Part shown: positions 1 through 13,141 of the stretch, one piece after another
Layout: each line of letters starts with the position of its first letter
Numbering within the stretch: position 1 is the stretch's first letter
NCBI RefSeq assembly: GCF_009914755.1
Contig: NC_060929.1
Source of the DNA: the human T2T-CHM13v2.0 reference genome, Homo sapiens
Direction: 5' to 3' (one strand)
DNA: 64,000 nt
Notes under the pieces: model-generated
Seen by the model: the letters and a program-made list of their open reading frames with translations, nothing else
Told to the model about the DNA's origin: nothing
The model's database searches: none
Position numbers and translations under genes: made by a program

Positions 1-109
1 CTGACTTATGAAGTGTTCTAGTTCATTTTTGTCTCATTTCAAATGTATGATTTAAGTTTACACATGCACTGTGTGATTATGAAATAAGAGCTGATAATAT
101 TCAGAAAAT

Positions 110-856
110 TATCCTTGTACACTGTCTGCGGATGTGTAAATTAGGAAAGCCATTATGGAAAACTGTTGGGGGTTCCACTAAAAATTAAAACTATAAATGC
201 TATATGATCCAGCAATCTCACTCCTGAATATACACTAAAAAAACTGAATCACTGTATTGAAGAGATAGCTGCACTCACATGTTCATTGCCCCATTATTCA
301 CAATAGCCAAGGTATGGAATCAACCTGAGTGTCCATAAAAGGATGAATCAGTAAGGAAAATATGATATGTATATGTCATACTATTCAGCCATAAAAAGGA
401 AATTCTGTCATTTATCACATGAATAAGCCTAGAAGACATTATGTTAAGTGAACTAACCCAGACACAGAAAGACAAACATTCTGCAATCTCACTCATATGG
501 AGAATCTTAAAAAACTGAACTTAAAGAAGCAGAGAGTAGAATGGTGGCGACTAAGGGTTGGGGGGGAGGAAGGGACATTGGGGTGATGTTTGTCAATGAG
601 ACAAAATTTCAGTAAGGAGGAATAAGTCCCAAAGACTTATTGTATTGCCTGGTTACTACAGTTAATAAAATTTATTGCATATTTGACAATTGCTAAAAGA
701 GTAGATTTTAAGTTTTACTACTGCAAAAAATACTATGTGAGATAATACATATACCAATCAGCATGTTTTAGCCATTCCACAATGTATACATATTTCAAGA
801 CATTCTGCGATATACAATAAATAATTTGTATTTATCAATTAAAAGAAAGAAAAAAA
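110..856 (+). mobile_element. L1 (L1MA-type) ORF2 end and 3' UTR
   Basis: L1 3' motifs (tatgatccagcaatctcactcctg, ttcattgccccattattcacaatagccaag, attatgttaagtgaa, tgctaaaagagtagatttta), ending in AATAAA and an A-rich tail. Confidence 0.85.
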
Positions 857-1019
857 GTCTTTTCTTCATGTTACTTAATTTTATACTGTATTTCCTAAGC
901 AATTATTAAAAAGTCTTAAAATAGGTTAAGCAAATATTTGATAACGTTGTATATTGTGTACTAATTCTGTGTTGTATGACAAGCAACATTTTTTTTTCTG
1001 ACTCAAGTTATTTGTTGCC

Positions 1020-1265
1020 TTGGTGGTAACAAACTACATCCAAACCATAACACTGGTGTAAACAAACCTATAGCACTGCCAGTCATGCACAAGTATAGCA
1101 CATATAATTATGTACAACACATGAAATGTGATGAGGATAAATGACTATAATATTGGTCTAGGTATTTACTGTACTGTATTTATTATTTTTATTTTAGAGT
1201 GTACTTTTTCTACAAAAAATTAGTTAACTGTAAACAGTCTCAGGCAGGTCTTTCAGGAGGTATTC
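1020..1265 (+). repeat. Inverted local duplicate of 2279-2531 (Tigger3 segment plus first ~33 bp of the MST LTR)
   Basis: Reverse complement of tggtggtaacaaactacatccaaaccataacactggtgtaaacaaaccta matches 2481-2530; similarity continues to caggaggtattc = rc of 2279-2290. Confidence 0.9.
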
Positions 1266-1336
1266 AGCATGTTTTAGCCATTCCATAATATATACATATT
1301 TCAAAACATTCTGTTATATGCTATAAGTAATTTTTA
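1264..1336 (+). repeat. Direct local duplicate of 758-830 (L1 3' UTR piece)
   Basis: tcagcatgttttagccattcca...tatacatatttcaa..cattctg is present at both 758 and 1264. Confidence 0.9.
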
Positions 1337-1453
1337 TGGTTTTTCATCTCCTTAGTAGGACAAACTAATGTTTTAATTCATTTAGTTAGAATACAGGTAA
1401 ACCCATGTAAATACATAAATGCATATGTAGACAATTTACTTCAGATATTAAAA

Positions 1454-3112
1454 CAGAGTTTTGCATCACTTCAGGAACAGGATATGATCTGAGAGAGGTA
1501 TCATTAAGTGATTTCGTCATTATGCAAACCATAGAGCAACCATAGAGCTTGCAACACACCTAGGCTATATGTCATCTATTGCTCCTAGGCTAAATACCTG
1601 GATGTCATGTTACTCTACTGAATACTGTAGGCAATTATAACACAATGGTAAGTGTTTGTATATCTGAACATATATAAACATAGAAAAAGCACAGTAAAAA
1701 TATGGTACAAAATATTTTTTAAATGGTACTTCTGTATAGGAGACTCAGCATAAATGGGACTTGCAGGACTGTTAGTGAGTGAGTGGTGTGAGTGAGTGAG
1801 TCAGTAAGTGAATGTGAAGGGCCAGAACATTACTGCATGCTACTCTAGACTTTATAAACAGTGTTCACTTAGGCTACACTAAATTTATTAAAATATTTAT
1901 TTTTCTGTATTCAATAGAAAATTAATCTTAGCTTATGCGACATTTTTACCTTATAAATTTTTTAACTTTTTAACTCTTTTGTAATAACAGCTTAAAACAC
2001 AACCATATTATAGAGCTGTACAAAATTATTATCTTTCTTTACATCCTTATGCTATAAGCTTGTTCCCATTTCTAATTTGTAAGTTCATTATTTTCACTCT
2101 TTAAACTTTTTGTAAAAAAACTAAGACTCAAACTCACACATTAGCCCAGGGCCTACACAAGATCAGGATTATTAATATTATTGTTTTCTACCTCCACATC
2201 TGGTCCACTGGAAGGTCTTCAGGGGCAATAACATGCATGGAATTTTCATATCTCCTATACTAACAATACCTTCTTCTGGAATACCTCCTGAAGGACCTGT
2301 CTGAGGCTGTTTTACAGTTAAATATTTTTTTTTTTTTGTAGAAAGACTACACTCCAAAATAAAAATAAGAAATATAGTACAGTAAACACCTATACCAATA
2401 ACATAGTTATTTACCATCATCAAATATAGCATGCCTTTCATAATTGTATGTGCTGTGCTTGTGTATAACTGGCAGTGCTGTAGGTTTGTTTATACCAGTA
2501 TTATGGTTTGGATGTAGTTTGTTACCACCAAAACTCATGTTAAAATTTGATCTCCAATGTGGAAGTGTTGGGAGATGGAGCCTAATGAGAAGAGTTTGGA
2601 TCATGGGGATGGATGCCTCATGAATATATTAATGTCCCCCTGTGGGGGTGAATGAGTTCTCACTTTAGCAGGAATGCATTAACTTCTACAACAGTGAGTA
2701 GTTTAAAAGAGTCTGACCATCTTGGTTTTCTCTCTTGCTTCTTCTCTCCTGGTGTAATTATTTTTGCACACACTCACTCCCCTTCTGTGTTCTGGCATGT
2801 AGTGGAAGAAGCATGAGGCCCTCACCAAATGCAGCTGCCCAGTCTTGGACTTATCAGCCACCAGAATCCTGAGCCAAATAAACCTCTTTTCTTTATAAAT
2901 TACTCAGCTTTAGGTATTCTCTTAGAGTAACATAAAATGAACTAAGACACCCAGAATCACCAAAAACATCTCAGGAAGGTGCTGGGCCATGAAGTTATGA
3001 CAGCTACAACATCACTAGGCAATAGAAAATTTTCAGCTGTATTATAATCTATGTGATCACCATTTTATATGTGGTTCATTGCTGACTAAAATGTTATGTA
3101 GCACATGAGTAT
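1454..3112 (-). mobile_element. Tigger3/Tigger3b (TcMar-Tigger DNA transposon), split by an MST LTR
   Basis: Both Tigger3 termini are recognisable (atttcgtcattatgcaaac at the left; attataatctatg...gtggttcattgctgactaaaatgttatgtagcacatga at the right), with internal Tigger3b motifs. Confidence 0.8.
2499..2949 (+). mobile_element. MST-type (MSTB/MSTC-like) MaLR solo LTR
   Basis: Starts t(a)ttatggtttggatg, has ccaaataaacctcttttctttataaatta, ends actaagaca; 5-bp TSD accag/cccag. Confidence 0.85.
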
Positions 3113-3289
3113 AGCAAAATAGTATATTATTTGCATCATTGTCTTACTACACTTGAAATTTTTAAATGTTATTGTACGTGGCCTTTAGGAAAATAGACTT
3201 TTAAAGATCTTTCACTTGAAATGTTTGTATGTTTACATGGGAAAAACATTTAAATAGATTTATGAAAATGAACTCAGCCCATACTCCAC

Positions 3290-3400
3290 AATTAACTAGT
3301 TTTGTGCCTAAACTTCCCTGAGATTCAATTTTCTTCTATGAATGGTGAGAATAAGACTGTTGACATTGTTATTGAAAAGCAAATGAGATTGTGTGAACAG
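3290..3400 (+). mobile_element. MIR fragment
   Basis: Degenerate MIR core (aacttccctgagattcaattttctt...aaatgagat). Confidence 0.5.
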
Positions 3401-3805
3401 AATGATGTAAAAATTACGGTGTTATAAAATATACTTTTTAGTGTATGTTAAATGTTTCCTTGGTGCTGAGAATAAAGTGACAAATACAACAGACAGTGGA
3501 GATGATGGAGACTTTTTATTGTGATGAAGGTTGTATTCTTTGAGGATGACAAGATAAACTTGTTAACAGAATTGTTTACACTTGCTGTCTTTACCTCTTA
3601 CCCTGTCTTCTCTCATTGGCTCCTTATTAGTTCCCTCACTCTGTTCTAACCCCTTTGGCAATTATTGCTTTTGTAACCACATTTATTGCAGCATTAGATG
3701 TTATTGGCTACTTTCTACTTCTTTCAATATTCTTTTTTTCCTTTCTACTGGGATTAGTCAGGGTTTTCCAGAGAAAGAGTACCAGTGAAAATTGTGTGTA
3801 TATAT

Positions 3806-4239
3806 TGTCAACCTAAATAACAAAAAGGAAAAAATTTCTCTTAATAAAAGGTTGTTTATTTGGAAAGATAGCATTGCAATGGGAATATGCACATTCAGGG
3901 AGATAAAGGAAGACAAAGGTTTTTGTTGTTTTTGTTGTTGTTGTTGTTTTAATGAGGAAGATAGCATAAGTGTTTTGAAATAATTGTCCTTGGCTACAAA
4001 TATTAATAACAAATGGGACACCAGTCTAAAGTTAAACAGGTAGTTGCTAGTCAGATGCCTTTGCAAAAGTTTTTGTGTAAGGTTGTAATGGCCTTTGTGT
4101 AAGGTTATGATTTTTGTGGGATATTTATTATTATCATGTATATAAGTGTGAGAACTGTCTCTTCATGACCTTCTCTGGCTCTGTTTGTCAGGGTTTTCTT
4201 AGCATTAGTGACTCCACTTTTATTCTGACAAACTTCACA
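3806..4239 (-). mobile_element. MER65-like (MER4-group ERV1) 3' LTR
   Basis: rc begins tgtgaagtttgtcagaataaaagtggagtcactaatgctaagaaaaccctgac, preceded by the purine tract aatggagaaa; homologous to 8467-9189. Confidence 0.8.
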
Positions 4240-7200
4240 TTTCTCCATTTGATCAAGATCTTTCTCTGGAAGCATCACTGACCAATTATTTTGCAGTTAG
4301 ATTTTCATGTCCCTCAATGCTGGGATGGACCTATCCAGGATGCTGGTCTCATCCCACATTGGGGAAAGTTACCGGTGACTAAGTGTCGATGTCAAAATTC
4401 TTTTATCCACATTTGAGCAACAAGGGAGGTTTGAAGGGTGTGACTCTTAGGCTAAGTCTACCGGGAGTTCATGATTAGTTCAATTTTATCTGTTTCATCT
4501 CAATGTGCTGAGCTAGTCCTATTTTGTTAGGAGCTGTACTTCATCAAAAATTGAAGGGTGAAATAATCTAATTTAAATTAATTTAAAGGGGAAATACAAA
4601 TAAAATTAATAGTAATATAACAACTCCAGTTTGCAAAATAATTTTGAGCCATAAATTTAGTCTTAAAACAAATCATTGAATAAATCAAATGACCATAGGA
4701 AATTAGGTCACTGTTGTAACCATGTGACCTGTTTTCTTATTTTGTGTATATAGATCTTAACTTTCCCAGAGGAATTTATCCAGGTACAACATGTGGTATT
4801 AGTGACAGCAAATAAATGCTCTTATTTAATAAATATATAGTACAGAATTTTTTAAGCTTAGGTTTTGTTAAGTTAGCAGCAGAAGCTATTAATTGTGATA
4901 TTTCAATTATACCATTATCTTGTCAAGTGGAAAAGATAGCATTAAAAGGGGTAAAAATCTCAGTAAAACATGAAGTCTCATTCTGACATTTTGGAAAAAA
5001 TCTGTCTACAGTGTAAAAACATTTATTTCTCTGGGCTTATAGTTTGAATGTCCTTAATTATGACATAGGGAAGTTTGGTAAACTTTTTATGTGGTTCGTA
5101 CATCAAGCATGAGGCTTGTTTCTTAAAATTTGATGAGTTTTAACTTACGGGGCTTTGGGAATAGAGCAGCTCTTGTTTTGAGTTGTAGTTGTAGCAAAAT
5201 ATTGGAAGAAATTAGGAGAATTGAGGATCTAGTCCAGTCTACAGGTAGATGACCAGAACCTGAAAACAATGCACCAGGGTACACTCCAATAACAAATGGT
5301 TTATAGTTTTTCTTTTTAGAAACAACTTTTTTTCCCTTACATTAAATTTAGAAATCTCATATTTAATCTCTTCAGTCTAGGAAGTCAAACCAAGGTAGAC
5401 TTTAGATTTTACTTATAGTCTTAAAGTTCTTGGGCCTGTCAGGAAGTGACAATTTGTATTCATTAATTGTAAGGCTGATAATTTTTGTAGCCAGGAATTT
5501 TATTCACATTCTTAAATATGGCATTGTATTTAAAGCCTTGGTAATATAATAAATGTTTCCAAATGTATATTGCTTATAAAGAAAGAGCATATTTTTATTA
5601 AACTTAGGTAAATAAAAAATAAGAATACTCACAAATCATTTCTGAATTTTGGAGAAATTAAGCAGGGAGGAAAAGTGTATACTTTCACCTTTGTTCACAA
5701 AAGCATACTTTTAAAAATTGTTATAAAATATAGACAGTTTATAAGAGAAAATTTTCTTAAATCTGAAAAACAAAATAAGTAACCAACAATATTTTAAATG
5801 AAAGTCTTAGAATCTATCATTATTAATTACTTAATTTCCTGTAATTTTTTTGTTTTGCTTAATCTTGATTAGAAGTTTTATGAACTCAACAATATCTTTA
5901 TCAGACTTCTGGAAATTTTTATATTGTCTTTAAGTTATTAAAAATCTGTTTTTTTCATAAAAAATTATAGGTAATTGCAAATGTCTTTAGAAAAGAATTC
6001 AAAACAATAACTGCGGATGGCAAAAAATTAGCAATAGCCATGGTTAAAATCTGATGAAAGTTCTCAATTGACAAAAAAAAAGTAATTATTTCTCTCATGT
6101 GCAGAATTAAAGGATAGCAACAAGAAACATGACTGACAGTGTCATATCAGGACCATCAGACTTTTATGCATCTCATATAAACTTTAGAATATTTACACTA
6201 ATAACATATACATACAAACAACTTTAGAAAAGAGTTAACATAAAAATCAAAATTATGATTGATAGTATATTAGATTTTCATAAATGTATACAGTTCCTAG
6301 AACACATATTAATAACATACCCATACTATAACTGAAAGATCTAGTATCATTTATCATTTGGCAATGCCTTCCACACAATTTACCAAAGAAGTCTAATCAT
6401 TTAATATCTCTAAAAGATGAGATATCTGTTCTTTGAGGCTTCCCAGGAGCCCAACCGAAAAATCCCAAAGTTAATTTTGGGCCAAAAGACATAAGTTTTG
6501 ATCCTGGAAAGCCCCAGAGATGTTAAAACATTCAAAACACTTGGTCAAAACAGGTAACTGTGAAATAATAGTCATTCTTTCAACCAGAGTGATATTCAAA
6601 ATACTTCAAAAGCAATATAGGAATTTACATGAATATAAAATTTTTAGCTCTTTTAAAGGTCAGTTTTCCTAAATAATAAAAAACCTAATAAAGACAAGAC
6701 AGAAAATTACCTCTATAAAATGTAAAATCTTTGTTTCTTAGGCCAGCAACCAAAAAGATGAAGGAAAACCTCATATACTGTGATCGCTTCTCCTCATGAA
6801 AAGCCTATTTAGATAATCCAGAAATCAAACCTGATAAAAATGGTATTCAAATTTGATCCAAAACAGGAAGGGTGTGTCCAGCGTTATGACTGTACACCAT
6901 TATTATAGAGAAATGTAAACAAGATAGTACCTTGAGCAGGAGAATAGCCTGTGGACTTGAAATTTTGGAAAAGCAGTTTTTATGACAGCAAAACAAACAA
7001 AAAAAAGAAACAACAACAAAAACAAAAACAATTCTAACATTTTTTCTTTTTCTCTTATAGTTTCAAATGACGATAGGGTGAAATTTTTAATGCTAACCTT
7101 TTAGTTAGGTGAAGAAAAACAAAATGTCCAAGTAGTCTGGAATTAGTGACAAATCTACTTTTTGTTCACTTGTCTCCTTTGCTTAGTTAGCAAATGCAGG

Positions 7201-8466
7201 AAAAAAGGAATGTTACTTGTTTTTTAATTTCCTCTAGCTCTTTATTTTTTATTTTTTCTGTGTGGCAAAAAAAAAAATTCTCCTGGACAGATATATATTA
7301 CACCTCTTTGCTCAAGATTTTGACTTGTTTGATCTTGGTCTGAGAGCCTAACTTATAACTTTCATAAATACTTATCTAGTTTTTCAGATTATTAATTTTT
7401 CAATGAAGTCTCCCATCAGCATACAAAATTACTAGTTAGGGAAACCTAAATTTTTATTTCTAAAAGATATTCAGTTTGTTGCTTACCATAGAGCTGTTGT
7501 AATTTGTAAAACCATTACTTTGAAAGCCCTTTAAACCTTAAAAAAAAAATCTTAACTAGAATGCCATAAACAGTGAGTTTTATCTTAATATCAGCGGGAA
7601 AGTAAGCAGATTCAAAGTAGTCAGAAAAAAACAAACAAACAAAAACCAGAGAGATAGAGAACTTAGAGGACTCTACCTGTTAATTCTATAATTGCTGGAT
7701 TTTCAAGTTATTACCATTTGAGCTCTGAAGTTTCCTTGGTGTAATTTGTCCATCATTTTAAAATGCACGCAAGAATGGGCCATGGTAGGTAGCCAGCTGG
7801 AGTCCCAGAAAACCTGGCATGGCTTAATGTTTCTTATTAATCTCCTGAGAGCAAAGAATATCATATAAATCCTGTTAGGGAATGTTAGGAGTTAAAACCA
7901 GAGTTTTAGATGGTGGCAACCACCCTGGTTTTTAATTAGCTTCTTGAGCCCACCATCCAGAATGTTTATTTTTGCTCTTAGAATATTTTCAGAAACAAGG
8001 AAAAAAAAAAGTCAAACTAAATTAAAAAAAAATCAAGATGAGTGTTCACAAAAATTTTAACCTAGTCATGTAGATCTAACAAAATATTGAATTACGTGCA
8101 CAAAACAGAAGTTATGCCTCACAAATAAAATGTAAATTCTGTGGAAACTAAGATTACTCAATTCAGAAAGACACTTTTCTTTATACCACAAATAACTTAC
8201 CAGGAAACACGAAAAAATAGTCTTTCATAGTCCAAGTGGGATGCAAGTTTATTAAGCCAGCCTTATTCAACCAGATCTGAAATGAAGTTGAGGATCTCTA
8301 CAACAAGGACATAAACTCAACCCAAGAGAAGACCCATTCAGACAGAAAAATGTGAGCCATAAAGCAGAGAACTCAAAGGGGTCAAACGAGTAATGCATGC
8401 CTGTAGCAAGATCCCTAATTCTTTCTGATAGTGATGTCTTTCAGATTTCATTTCTGGCACCATATG
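4240..8466 (-). mobile_element. MER4-group (MER65-int-like) non-autonomous internal region
   Basis: Lies between two homologous LTRs; PPT next to 4240; PBS-like tggtgccagaaatgaaat (tRNA-Leu type) next to 8466; no long ORF. Confidence 0.75.
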
Positions 8467-9189
<723 letters not shown>

Positions 9190-10279
9190 GTCATATACAT
9201 ATATATGAGAGAGAGAGAGACTGTGATTATTAGAAAAGAATTGGCTCATATAATTTTGGAGACTAACAAATTCCGTGATGTGCAGCTAGCAAGTTGGAGA
9301 CCCAGGAGATCCAATAGTGTAGTTCTAGGCTGGAGACTGGGGAGCTCAGGATTCAGAAAGAACCATTGTTTTCATTTTAGTCTAAGGCAGGAAGACCAAT
9401 GTTCCAGCTCAAAGACAGTCAGGCAAGAGAAATCTTCTCTTATTCATGGCAGGGTCAGCCTTTTGTTTTATTCATCTTTCAAATGATTGGAGAAGAGCCA
9501 CTCACATTTGTGCGAGGAATCTGCTTTATGTACTCTACCAATGCGAAGGTTAATCTCATCCAAAGACACTCAAACAGACACATCCAGAATAATGTGTGAG
9601 CACCTGTGGCTCAGTCAAGTTAAAATTAACTATCACAATATCATATGATACTGTGTTTCTGGCCAATTCTTTTTGATTGACTACTCTTCCTAAATCTTAT
9701 TTATGAGTTTTATTTTTCAGGATTTTATGCTAAACCTTTTTGGGTGATCTCAGGCATGTAAGTTGTAATAAAAAAAGATTCAAATAGTTAAATGAGAAAA
9801 AAATTAATCACAGTTTTCACTCAGCACAAGTGTTTATGAATTATTGATAGAATAAAAACTCCAGGCACAAATGAACCACCCTTTTATCGAGAGGTTGGAG
9901 AACATAGATACAGACCCCCAAAATTGCCTCCCATCTTCTATATTTGGGCATGCTTGGTTTCAGATTTAAAAGATGAGGGACCCTCTAGGCAATGTATGAA
10001 GAGGTAGTGACTGTACTAAGGAACCATTTCAGCAACCATATTTCTATAAATTCAAAAATGACTTTTTTCTTTAACAATAGATAACCTAGGTAGACAAGAA
10101 ATATACTGCTAAAAACGTTTTATAATTAAGGACTCCATTATCTCTCTGATGCTAAATAAGACTAGTATCTTTTCTAGGAATCCTGACATTTAGCATGCTC
10201 AGAAGAAAATTAGATGGAGGTTATTCCTCTTTCCAGAAGGACTGACAGATCTTAAAAAATTAGTTAAAAGCCTGTATTT

Positions 10280-13141
10280 GGCCTTAAAATATAATTATCT
10301 TGGATTGCCTTGGTGGGCACAAGGTAATCCACATGATCCTCTAAAAGTAGAAGAGGAAGACAGAAAGGTCAGAGAGATGTGTCAGGAGAGGTGGCTGAAG
10401 ATACTTGAAGAAAAAGAGAGACTCAACTTTTTTTGTAGTAAGACTGCCATATGGAAAGCATGAGAAAAAACTGCAAGAAGGCTCAGGAGCAAAGACTAAC
10501 TCCTTGATGAAAGCAACTGAGAAAATGGGGATATTTGTTTTATAATCACAAGAACATGAATTGGGTTAACAACCTAAATTATGTTGGAAGCAGGCTCTTC
10601 CCAGCACCTCCTGGTAACAGCCCAGCTGCCTAACAGGTTGGTTAAGGTTTTGTGAAATGTAGAAGAAAATAGCTATTCAAGACAATCAGGACTTTTGACC
10701 TATAGAACTGTGACATAATAAATTTGTGTTGTTTTAAGTTATAGTAATTTGATAAGTGATGTGGTTTGGCTTTGTGTCCTCACCCAAATCTTCTTGAATT
10801 ATAATCCCCACTTGTCAAGGGTGGGGCCTGGTGGGAGGTGATTGAATCATCGGGCAGTTTCCCCCACGCTGTTCTTGTGATAGTGAGGGAGTTCTCACAA
10901 GATCTGATGGTTTAAAAGTGGTAGTTAAAGTGCTAGTTTCCCCTGAGTGCGTGCTCTCTCTCTCTCCCTCTGTCTCTCTCTCTACGTCTCTCTCTCCCTC
11001 TCTCCTGCTGCCTTGTGAAGAAGGTATTAGATTCTCCTTTGCATTTGGCCATGATTGTAAGTTTCCTGGGGCAGTGTGGAACTGTAAGTCAATTAAACAT
11101 TTCCTTTATAAATCACTCAGTCTCAGGAAGTATTATTATAGCAGTGTGAGAATGAACTAATACAGAGAATGCTACTGGCAGAGTGGAGTACTGCTATAAA
11201 GATAACCTGAAAATGTGGAAGCAACTTTGGAACTGGGTAACAGGCAGAGGTTGGAACAGTTTGGAGGGCTCAGAAGAAGACAGGAAGATGTGGAAAAATG
11301 TGAACTTCCCAGTGACTTGTTAAATGGTTTTGACCAAAATGCTGATAGTGATATGGACAATAAAGTCCAGGCTGAGGTGGTCTTAGATGGAGTTGAGGAA
11401 CTTATTGAGAACTGAAGCAAGGTCACCCTTGCTATGCTTTAGGAAAGAGACTGGCAGTATTTTGCCCTTGCCCTAAAGATCTGTGGAACTTCGAACTTGA
11501 GAGATGATATAGGGTATCTGGCAGAAGAAATTTCTAAGCAGCAAAGTGTTCAAAATGTGACCTGGTTTATTCTGAAAGCATTTAGTCATGTATATTCACA
11601 AATAGATGGTTGAAAATTGGAACTTATGTTTAAAAAGGAAGCAGAACATAAAGGTTCAGAAAATTTGCAGCCTGACCATGTGGTAGAAATGAAAATCCCA
11701 TTTTCTGGGGAGGAATTCAAGCCGGCTGCAGGAATTTGCATAAGTAATGAGGAGCCAAGACAATGGGGAAAATGTCTCCAGGTCATGTCAGAGATCTTCA
11801 CAGCACCCCCTCCCATCACAGGCTCCAAGGCCTAGGAAAGAAAAATGCTTTCCTGGGCGAAGCCAAAGGTCCCACAGCTCTGTGCAGCTTCAGGACTTGG
11901 TGCCCTGCATTCTAGCCACTCCATCTCCAGCCACGGTTAAAAGGGACCAATGTATAGCTTGGGCCATTGCTCCAGAGGGTGCAAGCCTCAAACCTTAGTA
12001 GCTTCCATGTGGTGTTGGGCCTACGAGTATGCAGAAGACAGTAGCTGAGCTTTGGGAGCCTGTGCCTAGATTTCAGAGGATGCATTGGAATGCCTGAATG
12101 TACAGGCAGAAGTCTGCTAAAGGGGTGGAGCCCTCGTGGAGAACTTCAACTAGGACAATGCAGAGGGAAAATGTGGGGTGGTAGCCCCCAAACACAGTCT
12201 CTACTTAGGCACAGCCTAGTGGATCTGTGAAAAGTGTGCCATCATCCTCCAGACCCCAGAATGGTAGATCTACCAACAGCTTATACCGTGTGCTTGGAAG
12301 AGCTGCAGGCACTTGACACAAGCCTGTGAAAGCAGCCATGGGGGAGCTACTGAGCAAAGCCACAGGGACAGAGCTGCCCAAGGCCTTGGGAGTCTATCCC
12401 TTGCATCAGCATGTTCTGGATGTGAGACATGGAGTTAAAGAAGATTATTTTGGAGCTTTAAGATTTAATGAGTGACCTGTTAAACTTTGAACTTTCATGA
12501 GGCCTGTGGCCCCTTTGTTTTGGACAGTTCCTCCCATTTGGAATGGAAACATTTGCCCAATGGCTGTTCACCCATTGGATCTTGGAAGTAACTAACTTGC
12601 TTTTTATTTTACAGGTTCATAAGTGGAAGGGACTTGCTTTGTTTCAGATGAGACTTTAGTCTTGGACTTTTGAGTTAATGCTGGAAGGAGTTAAGACTTT
12701 GGGGTACTGTTGAGAAAGCATGATTGGTTTTGAAATGTGAAAAAGACATGGGATTTGGGAGGGTCCAGGGGCAGAATAATATGGTTTGGCTCTGTGTTCC
12801 CTCCCAAATCTCATCTCAAATTGTAATTTCTACCTGTTCAGGGGATACCTAGTGGGAGATGGAGGCAGTTTCCCATATGCTGTTCTTGTGACATGAGGGC
12901 TTCCTCATGAGATCTAATGGTTTAAAAGTGGCAGTTTCCCTTGTGCTCTCTCTCTGTCTCCTGGTGAAGTAGGTACTTTCTCCCCCTTTTCTTCCACCAT
13001 GATTGTAACTTTTCTGAGGTTGTGCAGAAGTACAAGTCAATTAAACCTCTTTCCTTCATAAATTGCTCAGTCTCAGGTAGTACCTTTATAGTAGTGTGAG
13101 AGCAGACTAACATAGTAAAGCAGCAATAGAAAACGAATGCA
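10280..13141 (+). mobile_element. MLT1 (MLT1D/E-like) LTR, split by a THE1/MSTA element (10280-10756 and 13115-13141)
   Basis: gacttttgacctatagaactgtgacataataaatttgtgttgttttaag at the left; agcagcaatagaaaacgaatgca resumes after the insert. Confidence 0.7.
10757..13114 (+). mobile_element. Full-length THE1D/MSTA-type MaLR (5' LTR 10757-11164, internal 11165-12776, 3' LTR 12777-13114)
   Basis: Two LTRs (tgat.tggtttggct...ctaataca) flank a ~1.6-kb internal region with gcaactttggaactgggtaacaggcagagg and the PPT ggggcagaa. Confidence 0.92.

Noticed and set aside
11172-11998. Cluster of ORFs inside the THE1/MST internal region
   Set aside because: Fragments of the decayed MaLR internal ORF, broken by stops and frameshifts
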